From the NCBI GenBank assembly GCA_947625765.1, contig CANQPP010000009.1, positions 2,835 through 66,834 of the forward strand: a stretch of DNA of 64,000 nt, in the 5' to 3' direction. Positions 26,403-36,069 of this stretch are shown here, one piece after another; the first letter of the stretch is position 1, and every line of letters begins with the position of its first letter. The notes below the pieces were generated by a model that searched no databases, was not told the DNA's origin, and saw nothing but the letters and a program-made list of their open reading frames with translations. The translations under genes and the position numbers were made by a program. Source of the DNA: an uncultured Clostridia bacterium (GTDB taxonomy: Bacteria > Bacillota > Clostridia > Christensenellales > UBA1750).

Positions 26403-28517
26403 TTAACGTGCGAATGTGACGAGCGTCGGCCCGCCCGAGCGGAAAAAAACACGCACCGCGCCGTCCTCGTCCGTGCGGCAAAGGGGCGTTTCCCCCAGCG
26501 CGTCCAGGGCCTCCTGCGCGGGCAGGCCGTAGGGGTTGCCGCCCACGCTGAGCACCGCCAAACGCGGCCCGATGGCGCGGACCTGTTTCGCGTCCAGCCC
26601 GCTCCTGCTCCCGTGGTGGGGGAGTTTTAGGATGTCCGCGTGTTCCAGGTCCAGCCCGGCCAGCGTCTCCCCGTCCGCGTCGGCGGTGAGCAGGGCGCTG
26701 CCGTTTGTATCCACGACCCGGAGCACCAGACTGTCCTCGTTGTCGTGTCCGGGCCGCGCCTCGGGAGGCGATAACACCTGCAATCTGATCCCATCATACA
26801 CCAGTTCGTCCCCCGCCGCAACCGGCCGAACGTTTACGCCCGCTTCCCGGGCCAGCTCCAGCAGGCGGGCAAAGTCCGCGTCCTGCTCAAGGCCCTTGGG
26901 GTAGCACAGCTCCCGCACGCGGATGTCCCGGAGCAGCCGCTCCGTGCCGCCGCAGTGGTCCGCGTCGCCGTGGCTTAAGATCAGCGCGTCCAGCGTCGGG
27001 TCCTCGGCCTGCAGGGCGTTCGCCAGCTGGCTGCCGCTGCGGCCGGTGTCCACGGCCACGGTCGCGGCCCCCTTGCGCAGATACAGGCTGTCCGCGCAGC
27101 CCACCTGCAGGAAGGTGAGGGTAAGGTCCCGCGGGAACAGGGCGTACAGGTACACGCCCAGGCAGATGAGCAGCCCGGCGGCCAGCCCCGCGCCCGCAAA
27201 CAGCCGCAGCTTTCCCCGGCATTCGATCAGGACGAGCAGCAGCGGCGGCCAGAGGGCGCTTATCAATACGGGCAGCTTGGGCAGCAGCAGCTGCGCGTGC
27301 GGCAGGGCGGCAAAGCCCTGCGCCACCAGGTCCATGCCCCCGGCGCACAGGCCGCAGAGCAGCGCGGGCAGCGTGGCCAGCGGCGGCCAGAGGGCGTCCA
27401 GCAGAAGGGAGATGAGCCCCAGCGGCACCGCCAGACCCGCCAGAGGCACCGCCAGCAGGTTGGTCAGGGGCGAATACAGCCCCGCGCTGCCGAAGGCGCT
27501 CAGCGTCGCGGGCAGGCAGCCCGCCTGGGCCGCCAGCGTCAGGGAGAGCGCGTCCCGCAAAAACGCGGGCAGGCGGCGCAGCGCCTTCTGCAGGGGGTCG
27601 GTTAAGAGCACCACGCCCAGCATGGCGGAAACGGAGAGCTGGAAGCCCAAGGAGAGCAGCTGCCGGGGCTCAAACAGCAGGATGACCCCGGCGGCCAGCC
27701 CTAACGCGGAGAGCCCGTCCGGCGCGCGGCCTCGCAGCCGGGCAAGCCCCACCGCCGCGGCCATGAGCGCGGCCCTCTGTGTGGACGGCCCCGCGCCGGT
27801 CAGCAGGCAGTAGGCCAAAAGGCCCAAACTCTCGGCCAAAAAGCGCGGCAGGGAGGCCTTGGGCAGGAAGCAGAACAGGAGGGAGAGCAGCGCCGCCACG
27901 AAGCCCACGTGCAGGCCGGAGACCGCCAGCACGTGCGCCGCGCCGCTGGCCCGGTAGCTGGAAAGCAGCCCCTCCTCCATCTCGCCGTCGCCCAGCAGGA
28001 GCTGATTCAGGGTCTGCGCCCGCTCGGGCCAGAGGGCCTGCACGCGCCCCTGCAGCTGGCGGCGCAGGGAGCCGAAGAAGCCGTAGTCGGCCTTACCTAT
28101 AACCTCCAGCAGCTTCCCGTCCGCCGAGTAGGAGATGCCGGAAGCATAACAATAGCGCCTCGTATTAAAGGCGCCCGGGTTGTCCTGGTTCACGATGGGG
28201 GAAAGTTTGACGAGAGCGCGGACGCTCTGCCCCCGGCGGACGTCGGACACGCCCGCGGCCCAGAGCCGCACGCCGCCCACGTCGTAGTCCCTGCCGTCCA
28301 CGGAAAACACGGCGTCCCGCAGGAGCAGGGAGCTTTCCCCGTCCTCCATGGCGACACCGCGCAGTTCGCCCTCTTTGGGCTCCAGTCGCTCGTCCGGCAG
28401 GGCGCGCAGGCCGAGGAAGCAGTACAGGCAGGCATAGAGGAACGCGGCCGCCGCGAACCAAAGCAGGGGCCGCGCCGGCCGGCGGAAGCCCTGCCGCGCC
28501 GTTCCTTTCAACATCAT
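26403..28517 (-). CDS. comEC: DNA internalisation competence protein ComEC/Rec2 (with MBL domain)
   Basis: Polytopic membrane core (AHVLAVSGLHVG) and a C-terminal MBL motif LSHGDADHCGG. 704 aa. Confidence 0.9.
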   Translation of the reverse strand: MMLKGTARQGFRRPARPLLWFAAAAFLYACLYCFLGLRALPDERLEPKEGELRGVAMEDGESSLLLRDAVFSVDGRDYDVGGVRLWAAGVSDVRRGQSVRALVKLSPIVNQDNPGAFNTRRYCYASGISYSADGKLLEVIGKADYGFFGSLRRQLQGRVQALWPERAQTLNQLLLGDGEMEEGLLSSYRASGAAHVLAVSGLHVGFVAALLSLLFCFLPKASLPRFLAESLGLLAYCLLTGAGPSTQRAALMAAAVGLARLRGRAPDGLSALGLAAGVILLFEPRQLLSLGFQLSVSAMLGVVLLTDPLQKALRRLPAFLRDALSLTLAAQAGCLPATLSAFGSAGLYSPLTNLLAVPLAGLAVPLGLISLLLDALWPPLATLPALLCGLCAGGMDLVAQGFAALPHAQLLLPKLPVLISALWPPLLLVLIECRGKLRLFAGAGLAAGLLICLGVYLYALFPRDLTLTFLQVGCADSLYLRKGAATVAVDTGRSGSQLANALQAEDPTLDALILSHGDADHCGGTERLLRDIRVRELCYPKGLEQDADFARLLELAREAGVNVRPVAAGDELVYDGIRLQVLSPPEARPGHDNEDSLVLRVVDTNGSALLTADADGETLAGLDLEHADILKLPHHGSRSGLDAKQVRAIGPRLAVLSVGGNPYGLPAQEALDALGETPLCRTDEDGAVRVFFRSGGPTLVTFAR

Positions 28518-28526
28518 GGATCCCCT

Positions 28527-30263
28527 TCAGCGCCTGTCGGGATAGGGCCGGGCCGGAGGCGCGGAACGGGGCCGCCCGGTGTCGCGGCGGGTGGGGCCGC
28601 TCACGTCCTGCGAAAAGCGGCTTTCCGTATAGCGGCCGTACTGGCGCTCGTATTCGCGCCTGTACTCGCGGCCGTCCCGCGTCCGCTCGGTGCGGACGGT
28701 GGAGTCATAGGAGGCACGGCCGCGGCGGGTCTGCTCGTAGCGCTTGCGGATGGCCTCCTCCCGCTGGCGCAGCTTGCGGGCGCGCCTCTCCTTCTTGAGC
28801 TTGCCGATCTCCACGAACAGCCACACCATCAGCACCAGGAACAGCGCCGCGGGGATGGCCACCAGAAGGATCAAGGGCGAGAAGCCGCCCTCCCCGGCGC
28901 TGGTGCTGACGAACAGCCCCCCGCCGGACACGCTGCCCGACTGTTCGCTGGGCGGCGGCGTGATGGAGACCAGCTCCGTGGCCACGGTGCGGGCGGCCAC
29001 CAAAGGGAAGGAGACGGGCTCTGCCATCTCGCCGTACTGGAAGCGCAGGACGCCCACCTGCTGGCCCTGCTGGATGGGGGCCACCAGGTTGCCGCTCAGC
29101 TCCACGGTGCAGTAGGAGGAGAAGTTGGTCTGTATGTCCTCCTTCTCCGCCTTGGAGACGACCAGGTAGGCGTCCGTGGGGTCCAGCTCCGCGGGCAGGC
29201 TCAGCTGCAAAACGCCGTCGTCGCCCCCGGCCGCGCCTTGCACGTTGGCGGTCTTGGGGGAAACGGCGTACAGCTCCGCCAGGGAGACGCGCTGGTAGGC
29301 GGCAAAGCCGTAGTCCATGAGCTTGGTGGTGTCCAGCCACTTGCCGTCGCTGGTGGTGCCCATGACCACGGAGATCAGGCGCATGCCGTCCTTCTCGGCG
29401 TAGCCCGCGAAGGTGTGCTTGGCCGCGTCGGTGTAGCCGGTCTTGCCGCCCTTCATGTATTCATAGGCGAACGCATCGCCGCTGTCGGGCAGCATCTTGT
29501 TGGAGTTGGAGTAGGTGCGCTCCTTGTCGTGGAAGTTGTTGGGTTGAAGCGTGTACTTGGCGGTGGAGATGACCTCCGCCACCAGGGGCTCGCGCACGGC
29601 GGCGCGCACGATCTTGGCCATGTCGGCGGCGGTGGTGTAGTGGTTCTCGTTGGTGAGGCCGTGGGGGGTGACGAAGTTGGTGTCGGTGCAGCCCAGCTCC
29701 TTGGCGCGGTTGGTCATCAAGACCCCAAAGTCCTCCACGGAGCCTGCGACCGCCTCGGCCAGCATGGTCGCGTAGGAGTTGGAGGAGGTGAGCAGCATGC
29801 CGTAGAGGGCGTCGCGCACCGTGATCTCCTCGCCCTCCTCGCAGTAGAGCTTGGATTCGCCCACGTTGGCCGCGGTCTTGGAGGCCACCAGCGTTTGGTC
29901 CTGCTGCAGGTCGCTCTCTGCCACCAGCAGCGCGGTCATCAGCTTAGTCATGGAGGCGGGATACAGCCTCTCCGTGGAATGCTTGGAGAAGAGCGTCCTG
30001 CCGGTGTCGGCGTCGATCAGGATGGCGCTCTGGGCGTAGAGGTGGCTGCCGCGCAGGTCCTGCGGGCTGTCCTCGTGGTAGGTGGAGACGCTGTCCTCCG
30101 GCCTGGACTGGATCAGCGCGTGCCCAACGTCGCCCAAGGGCAGCAGGAAGGCCGCCAGCAGCAGGAGCGCGGTCAGTCCGCGCCGAAATGCTTTCCTAAA
30201 CGTATCGGTTTCCCCCTCGTCCCCGCGCTTTTCCTGTCCCAGAGGCGCGCGTCGGATAAACAT
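28527..30263 (-). CDS. D-alanyl-D-alanine carboxypeptidase (peptidase S11) with a C-terminal TM helix and an Arg/Tyr/Glu-rich cytoplasmic tail
   Basis: Active-site motifs SMTKLMT (SxxK), SSN (SxN) and KTGYT (KTG). I place the start at the ATG at 30263 (MFIRRAP...signal/TM). No clear SD is visible, so the start is uncertain. Confidence 0.85.
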   Translation of the reverse strand: MFIRRAPLGQEKRGDEGETDTFRKAFRRGLTALLLLAAFLLPLGDVGHALIQSRPEDSVSTYHEDSPQDLRGSHLYAQSAILIDADTGRTLFSKHSTERLYPASMTKLMTALLVAESDLQQDQTLVASKTAANVGESKLYCEEGEEITVRDALYGMLLTSSNSYATMLAEAVAGSVEDFGVLMTNRAKELGCTDTNFVTPHGLTNENHYTTAADMAKIVRAAVREPLVAEVISTAKYTLQPNNFHDKERTYSNSNKMLPDSGDAFAYEYMKGGKTGYTDAAKHTFAGYAEKDGMRLISVVMGTTSDGKWLDTTKLMDYGFAAYQRVSLAELYAVSPKTANVQGAAGGDDGVLQLSLPAELDPTDAYLVVSKAEKEDIQTNFSSYCTVELSGNLVAPIQQGQQVGVLRFQYGEMAEPVSFPLVAARTVATELVSITPPPSEQSGSVSGGGLFVSTSAGEGGFSPLILLVAIPAALFLVLMVWLFVEIGKLKKERRARKLRQREEAIRKRYEQTRRGRASYDSTVRTERTRDGREYRREYERQYGRYTESRFSQDVSGPTRRDTGRPRSAPPARPYPDRR

Positions 30264-30540
30264 ATATATGTACTTTAGCAGATTTCTTTCCGCTTGTACA
30301 GTTTCAAAACTGTAACAATTGGCGTTTTGCGGAAACTTTTGTCGTTTTCCCGCGTTCCGTGTCATATCTTCACATCTCTCAAAAATCGGCCAGAGCCGCC
30401 CGTTTCCGGCGCATTTCGGCCCCTTTCGCCGTTTTTCCTGCAAAGGCGCCCTTTCGTCTCTCCCTGCCGCATGTTTCCTGGCCTTAAACTCATCATTCCC
30501 CTTCCGTGCTTCGGAAATGTAAAAAAAGGCCCTTTCGCCC

Positions 30541-30570
30541 TTGCATTGTCCCCCTTGTGGCGGTTACAAT
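30541..30570 (+). promoter_or_regulatory. candidate sigma-A promoter for the RR/HK/GerMN operon
   Basis: TTGCAT (30541-30546), an 18-nt spacer, then TACAAT (30565-30570), about 65 nt before the ATG at 30637. Confidence 0.55.
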
Positions 30571-30636
30571 ATTAACTGGATAGGAATTGATTTTTACCCG
30601 CGCCCGCATCTTCATCATAAAGGGAGGAAACGCCTC

Positions 30637-31326
30637 ATGCCGAAACGGCTGCTTCTGGTGGACGACGAGCCCGCCATCATCAAGGGACTGCGCTATTCTC
30701 TGGAACAGGACGGCTACGAGATCGACGTGGCCTACGACGGCGGCGAGGCCCTCGCCAAATTCGAGAAGGGGCACTTCGACCTCATCCTGCTGGACGTGAT
30801 GCTGCCGGTGATGGACGGCATCGAGGTCTGCCAGCGCATCCGCGAGACCTCGCAGGTGCCCATCATCATGCTCACCGCCAAGGGCGAGGACATGGATAAG
30901 ATCTTGGGGCTGGAATACGGCGCGGACGACTACATGACCAAGCCCTTCAACATTTTGGAGGTCAAGGCCCGCATCCGCTCCATCTTCCGCAGGGCGGGCG
31001 TCCAAAGGGAGGAGAGCGCGCCCAGCATCCTGACCGTGCACGATCTGAGCGTAAACCTTGACCAGCGCTCGGTGACGCTTTCCGGCAGGGACGTGGGCCT
31101 CACCGCAAAGGAGTTCGACCTGCTGAAATTGTTCGTGCTCAACCGCGGCAAGGTGTACAGCCGCGAGCAGCTGCTGGAGCTGCTCTGGAAGAACGAATAC
31201 GCGGGCGACCTGCGCACGGTGGACGTGCACATCCGCCGCCTGCGCGAGAAGATCGAGCACACCCCCGGCAAGCCCGAGTTCATCATCACCAAGTGGGGGG
31301 TCGGTTACTATTTTACCGATAAATAG
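30637..31326 (+). CDS. OmpR-family response regulator (WalR/MtrA-like)
   Basis: LLLVDDEPAI...LILLDVMLPVMDG...IMLTAKGE receiver domain plus a winged helix (TVDVHIRRLREKI...KWGVGYYF). GGGAGG lies upstream. Confidence 0.92.
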   Translation: MPKRLLLVDDEPAIIKGLRYSLEQDGYEIDVAYDGGEALAKFEKGHFDLILLDVMLPVMDGIEVCQRIRETSQVPIIMLTAKGEDMDKILGLEYGADDYMTKPFNILEVKARIRSIFRRAGVQREESAPSILTVHDLSVNLDQRSVTLSGRDVGLTAKEFDLLKLFVLNRGKVYSREQLLELLWKNEYAGDLRTVDVHIRRLREKIEHTPGKPEFIITKWGVGYYFTDK

Positions 31327-31351
31327 GCCGCGCTTCGGCCTGCGCTTCCGC

Positions 31352-32812
31352 ATGCTGCTGAGCACTTTGGGGGTCTTGACGCTCTTTTTCGTCCTGGTGC
31401 TCTATTCGGTGATGGGCATCACCGCCCGCTTCCTGGTGGAGCGGCGGATGCGCGAGAACCTGGCCCTGGCCGACGAGTTCGCCCTGGAGGCCGCGCCCTA
31501 CCTGCACCAGACGGACGCGGAGGGGCTCTACCAGCTGTGCTTGAGCCGCGCCAACGAGGAGGACGCACGCTTCCTCATTTTAAGCCCCGGCGGCACGGTA
31601 TGGATCGACACGCTGGCGGGGCTCTCCGGCGTGCGCTTGGGCCACGCGGAAGTGATGGACATCGCCATCGACAACGCCGACCAATCCTACGGCCTGCACA
31701 ACGTGAGCCAGGTGGCGGAAAGCCCCTACTGGGTGGGCTACTATGCCTCGGCCATCACCTACGATACGGACGTGCTGGGCATCGCCTTCATGGCCGCCTC
31801 CGTGCAGGACGTGTTCGACCAGCTGGACCAGCTGCAGAGCGCCCTTCTGTGGAGCTTCGTTTTGGTGATGCTGCTCTCCTGCCTGCTCACCGTGTACCTC
31901 TCCAGCCTGGTCACGCGGCCCATCAACGCGCTCAACAGCGTCATGCAGCAGGCCGTGCGGCAGGGCTTCTCCGTGCGCGCGCTGCCTAAAGGGCGGGACG
32001 AGGTGGCCCAGCTTGGCCGCACGTTCAACGCCATGAGCGAGAAGCTGCAGAACATGGACAAGATGCGCAACGACTTCATCTCCAACGCCTCCCATGAGTT
32101 AAAGACGCCCCTGTCCGCCATGAAGATACTGATCGAGTCCCTGCTCTCCTCCAAGAAGCTGGAGGAGAACATGACCCGCGACTTTCTGACCGACATCGAC
32201 CGGGAGATCGACCGGCTGAACCTGATCGTGCAGGACCTGCTCACGCTGGTGCGCTTTGACGGCAAGGACATGCCCCTGCACCTAGAGCAGCTGGCCCTGG
32301 GCGAGCTGGCCTACGACACCGTGCAGCGGCTCTTCCCCATCGCCAAGAAGGCGGATATCCGCCTGGAGCTGGAGCTGGACGAGATCTGCTACGTGGAGGC
32401 GGACCCCTCCCGCATGGCGCAGGTGATCTACAACCTGGTTGACAACGCCATCAAGTACACCCCCGCCGGCGGCAGCGTGCACGTGCAGGTGGGCCACGGC
32501 GGCCGGGGCGTGTTCCTGAAGGTGGAGGATACGGGCATCGGCATCCCGGAGGCCGCCCTCAACCACATCTTCGACCGCTTTTACCGGGTGGATAAGGCCC
32601 GCTCCCGCGCTACGGGCGGCACGGGGCTGGGGCTTTCCATCGTACAGACCATCGTCCACGCCCACGACGGCGACATCGAGGTCCAGTCCGAGGAAAACAT
32701 GGGCACCACGTTCACCGTCTGGCTGCCCGCGGTGGAGGACCCGCTGGAGGATCTTCTGCTGGAGCAAACGAACATCGGCGACGAAAAGGAGGAAAGCGCC
32801 CATGAAGAATAG
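31352..32812 (+). CDS. sensor histidine kinase (TM, periplasmic-type loop, TM, HAMP, HisKA, HATPase_c)
   Basis: H-box SHELKTPLSAMK, N-box YNLVDNAIKYT, and G-boxes DTGIGI and GGTGLGLSIV. 486 aa. No obvious SD precedes the ATG at 31352. Confidence 0.9.
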   Translation: MLLSTLGVLTLFFVLVLYSVMGITARFLVERRMRENLALADEFALEAAPYLHQTDAEGLYQLCLSRANEEDARFLILSPGGTVWIDTLAGLSGVRLGHAEVMDIAIDNADQSYGLHNVSQVAESPYWVGYYASAITYDTDVLGIAFMAASVQDVFDQLDQLQSALLWSFVLVMLLSCLLTVYLSSLVTRPINALNSVMQQAVRQGFSVRALPKGRDEVAQLGRTFNAMSEKLQNMDKMRNDFISNASHELKTPLSAMKILIESLLSSKKLEENMTRDFLTDIDREIDRLNLIVQDLLTLVRFDGKDMPLHLEQLALGELAYDTVQRLFPIAKKADIRLELELDEICYVEADPSRMAQVIYNLVDNAIKYTPAGGSVHVQVGHGGRGVFLKVEDTGIGIPEAALNHIFDRFYRVDKARSRATGGTGLGLSIVQTIVHAHDGDIEVQSEENMGTTFTVWLPAVEDPLEDLLLEQTNIGDEKEESAHEE

Positions 32813-33770
32813 GCTGCGTTTCGCCTCTCTCCTCATAGCGGCCCTGCTCCTCGTCCTTTCCGGCTGCACGGCCGGCTTCTACGGCGTGGAGGAGCGGGAG
32901 GCGGGCGACGAGGGATACGGCTCGGTGCGGGCCGTTTTGCCCAGCGGCGAGGGCACCGCCTCCGGCCGCATCCCGGCCACGGTCTACTTCCGCTATCTGG
33001 ATCAGGAGCTGCTGGCCCCGGTGGACTACGAGTTTTCCCTCTCGGCCCTGTCCACCGTGGAGGAGATGATCGTCCAGCGGCTCATCGACGGGCCGGAGGA
33101 CCCCGGCCTGGGCTTTGGCCGCCTGTTCAACCCCGACACCCGCATCGTGCAGATCAAGGAGCAGAACGGCTACCTGTCCGTGACGCTGAGCCAGGAGTTT
33201 TTGGCCGACTACGAGGACATGGGCCTGGACGCCTCCGCGCGCAGGCTGGCCATCCTCTCGCTGGTGGATTCCATCACGGAGCTGGGCCAGTATTCCCGCG
33301 TCCTTGTGCTGGTGGACAGGCAGGGCAACGGCACGGGCTCCCGCCTTACCGGCAACGAGGCCGGCTTTACGGAGCTGGGCGTGCGGGCGCTGGAACCCTT
33401 GAGCCGCGACGCCTCCGTCCTGCTCACCGCGCAGAAGGTGGTCCAGACCGCCCTGCAGGCCATGGTGGACCGCGACTTCTCCACGGTGGAAAGCTGCCTG
33501 GCCCGCTCGGACTTCGACGGCAGCGCCCTGCCCGACAGCCGGACGGTGCAGGACGGCTTGGCCGCCTGCAGCTCCCTCATCTCCTTTTCCCTGCGGGACG
33601 GCATCACCGTCTCCGCGGACGGCCAGCGGGCCACCGCCACGCTGGATTACAGCTATGTGGACCCCACCGGCCTGCCCACGGAGCGCTTGAGCGTCCCTTT
33701 GCGCCTGGTGCGCGAGAACGTGTGGAAGGTAAGCTACGCCTCCCTGCTGGCCGGGCTCTCCCAGCGCTGA
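32802..33770 (+). CDS. GerMN domain-containing lipoprotein
   Basis: Lipobox LLVLSGCTAG. Its ATG overlaps the last 11 nt of the kinase gene. The sequence pattern (VYFRY...L.PV...VEEMIVQRLIDGP) is GerM-like. Confidence 0.75.
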   Translation: MKNRLRFASLLIAALLLVLSGCTAGFYGVEEREAGDEGYGSVRAVLPSGEGTASGRIPATVYFRYLDQELLAPVDYEFSLSALSTVEEMIVQRLIDGPEDPGLGFGRLFNPDTRIVQIKEQNGYLSVTLSQEFLADYEDMGLDASARRLAILSLVDSITELGQYSRVLVLVDRQGNGTGSRLTGNEAGFTELGVRALEPLSRDASVLLTAQKVVQTALQAMVDRDFSTVESCLARSDFDGSALPDSRTVQDGLAACSSLISFSLRDGITVSADGQRATATLDYSYVDPTGLPTERLSVPLRLVRENVWKVSYASLLAGLSQR

Positions 33771-33818
33771 ATAGGCCGCAAGGCTTAAGAAAGCGCGCGC
33801 TATTAAGGACAAACCTGC

Positions 33819-35279
33819 ATGAAACGAACAAGATCGCTTCGCCTTCTCTCATTGGCGCTTGCCTGCCTGCTGCTTTCTGCGCCCCTCAGCGCCTCCGCCG
33901 CGGGGGAAGCGCCCCTTCTGCGGGACGGCAGCGTTTTGCAGAGCGGCGGCTTCGTGCTGTATTACTTGAGCGAGGACGGCCAGAAGCTCACGCCGCTGGT
34001 GCGGCAGGTGGCCCTGCTGCCGGACGAAACGCCCGCCGAGGCGCTGCTCAAGTCCCTGGGCCAGCCCGCGGAGGGGCTGCGCTCGCCCTACCCGGACGGC
34101 GCGAACGTCCGCCTGCGCTCCTTAGAGCAGTCCGGCTCCATACTGACCGTGGACTTTTCCGGCGACTTTGCCGCCGTGGACGAGTTCGTCCTCTTTGCGA
34201 TGAAGGCCGCGGTGGTCAACACACTGACCGAGTCCTGCGGCATCGAATACGTGAACCTGCTCTTTAACGGCGCGGAGCTCTCCGTGAGCGACCCGACTTT
34301 GGGCGTGAGCCTGCCCACCGGCGCCATGACCAGCGTGGCCATGGACCTGGAGACCGCCTGGAACCAGCTACGCATCGAGGCCCGCAGCGCCTCCCGCGCG
34401 GGCTTTACGCGCAACGTGACGCTCTACTTCCTGAGCCCCGACGGCCTCTGCCTGCTGCCGGAGGTGCGTTCCGTCTCCTTCACCAGCGACGACTACGTGA
34501 CCCCCGTCCTGGCCGAGCTCATCCGCGGCCCTCAGGGCGATTTAGGTCTCGACCGCGCGCTGCCGCCTTCCCTGTCCCTCTTGGATACGCCCGTCTACGA
34601 CTTCTCCGCAGACGGCCGCCGCTACGTGGACGTGAACCTCAACTACGCCTTCAACAGCTACCTGCGCCAGCGGCCCGAGCTGCGCAGCCAGATCTTAGGC
34701 TCCGTGGTCTGCACGCTGACCACCTTCCTGCCCAGCCTCTCCGGCGTGCAGCTGCGCGTCAACCGCAGGTACTTGGAGCAGGACGAGAGCGCGTACAGCT
34801 CCCAGGAGAGGCTCTACACCCGCTCCCAGTTCGAGGCCCTGCTGGGCGGCGCGCAGACGCTGTACCTGCCCAAGGCCGACGGCCGTCTGTCTGCGGTAAT
34901 GCGCGCCGTGCCCCTGGGCCGCGCGGGCCTGCGCGACCTGCTGTCCCTGCTGCTGGACGGCCCTTTAAACGGCGAGGAGGATCTGCTGCCCGCCTTCCCC
35001 GCGCCCTTCACGCTCTCCCATGTGCGGGGCCTGTGCGTGGAGAAGGATACGCTGCTGTTCAACCTGAGCGACGAGGGCGCATCCCTCCTTTCCTCCCTCA
35101 CGCCGCAGGAGGAGACCTCGCTCATATACAGCGTGGTCAACACCTTCACCGAGCGGCCCGGCATCCGGCGGGTGCTCTTCCTCAAGGAGGGCCGCGCGCT
35201 GCGCTCCCTCTCCGGCCGCATCGACCTGCGCGAGCCGCTGCTGCGCAACCCCGCGCTCATCCAGCAGACGCTGAACTGA
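33819..35279 (+). CDS. secreted protein with two GerMN-like domains
   Basis: Signal peptide ...LLLSAPLSASAAGE, with repeated L.YYL/LYFLS...L.P..R...AL.ELI.GP modules. 486 aa. Confidence 0.7.
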   Translation: MKRTRSLRLLSLALACLLLSAPLSASAAGEAPLLRDGSVLQSGGFVLYYLSEDGQKLTPLVRQVALLPDETPAEALLKSLGQPAEGLRSPYPDGANVRLRSLEQSGSILTVDFSGDFAAVDEFVLFAMKAAVVNTLTESCGIEYVNLLFNGAELSVSDPTLGVSLPTGAMTSVAMDLETAWNQLRIEARSASRAGFTRNVTLYFLSPDGLCLLPEVRSVSFTSDDYVTPVLAELIRGPQGDLGLDRALPPSLSLLDTPVYDFSADGRRYVDVNLNYAFNSYLRQRPELRSQILGSVVCTLTTFLPSLSGVQLRVNRRYLEQDESAYSSQERLYTRSQFEALLGGAQTLYLPKADGRLSAVMRAVPLGRAGLRDLLSLLLDGPLNGEEDLLPAFPAPFTLSHVRGLCVEKDTLLFNLSDEGASLLSSLTPQEETSLIYSVVNTFTERPGIRRVLFLKEGRALRSLSGRIDLREPLLRNPALIQQTLN

Positions 35280-35307
35280 TATGAAATTATCCACACAAGG
35301 AGACGAT

Positions 35308-36054
35308 ATGCACCGAACGCGCCTTCGCCTGGATCGCAGGCAGCTGCTCTGGCTGCTGGGCCTGCTGGCCCTCTGCCTGCTCTTGGGCCTTGCCTGGTTC
35401 CTGTTGGACAGGGCCGGGTATCTTGAGATCTTCCGCTCCACGGAGGCCCTGCGCGCCTTCGTCGAGGGCTGCGGCCCCTGGGCGCCGCTGGCCTTTATAC
35501 TGCTCCAGCTTTTGCAGGTGATCTTCGCGCCCATTCCCGGCAACGTGACCACGCTGGCAGGCGGCGCGCTGTTCGGCTTTCTGCCCGCCTTCCTCTACTC
35601 CGTCTTGGCGGTGTTCTTGGGGTCGCTGGTCGCCTTCGGCCTGGGCCGCTGGATCGGCCGCCCCGCCATCGACCGCCTGGCCCCAAAGGATGTGGTGGAA
35701 AAATACCTGGTCGTCCTGGCCGATCGGCAGCGGCTGACACTGTGCCTCTTATTCCTCCTGCCCTTCTTCCCCGACGACGTGCTCTGCCTGCTGGCGGGGC
35801 TCACCGGCTATTCCTGGGGCTTCTTCGCCTGGATGGTGCTCCTGACCCGGCCCTGGGGCCTGCTGTTCAGCGCCCTGGTCGGCTCCGGGGAGCTGTCCCT
35901 GCCCCTGTGGGGCTGGGCGCTGCTGGGCCTGGCCGCGGCGGCGCTGCTATATATCTCCGTCCGCTACGGGGCGTATCTGGAGGACTGGCTGCTCAAAAAG
36001 GTGCGCTCGTTTTCCCACGGCCGCTCCCGCGCGGCGGACAGGGAGCAGGATTAA
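35308..36054 (+). CDS. TVP38/TMEM64 (DedA-related, SNARE-associated) family membrane protein
   Basis: Motifs FAPIPGNVTTLAGGALFG and FFPDDVLCLLAGLT. Multiple TM helices. AAGGAG lies upstream of the ATG at 35308. Confidence 0.8.
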   Translation: MHRTRLRLDRRQLLWLLGLLALCLLLGLAWFLLDRAGYLEIFRSTEALRAFVEGCGPWAPLAFILLQLLQVIFAPIPGNVTTLAGGALFGFLPAFLYSVLAVFLGSLVAFGLGRWIGRPAIDRLAPKDVVEKYLVVLADRQRLTLCLLFLLPFFPDDVLCLLAGLTGYSWGFFAWMVLLTRPWGLLFSALVGSGELSLPLWGWALLGLAAAALLYISVRYGAYLEDWLLKKVRSFSHGRSRAADREQD

Positions 36055-36069
36055 CCATAAAACAAACCA

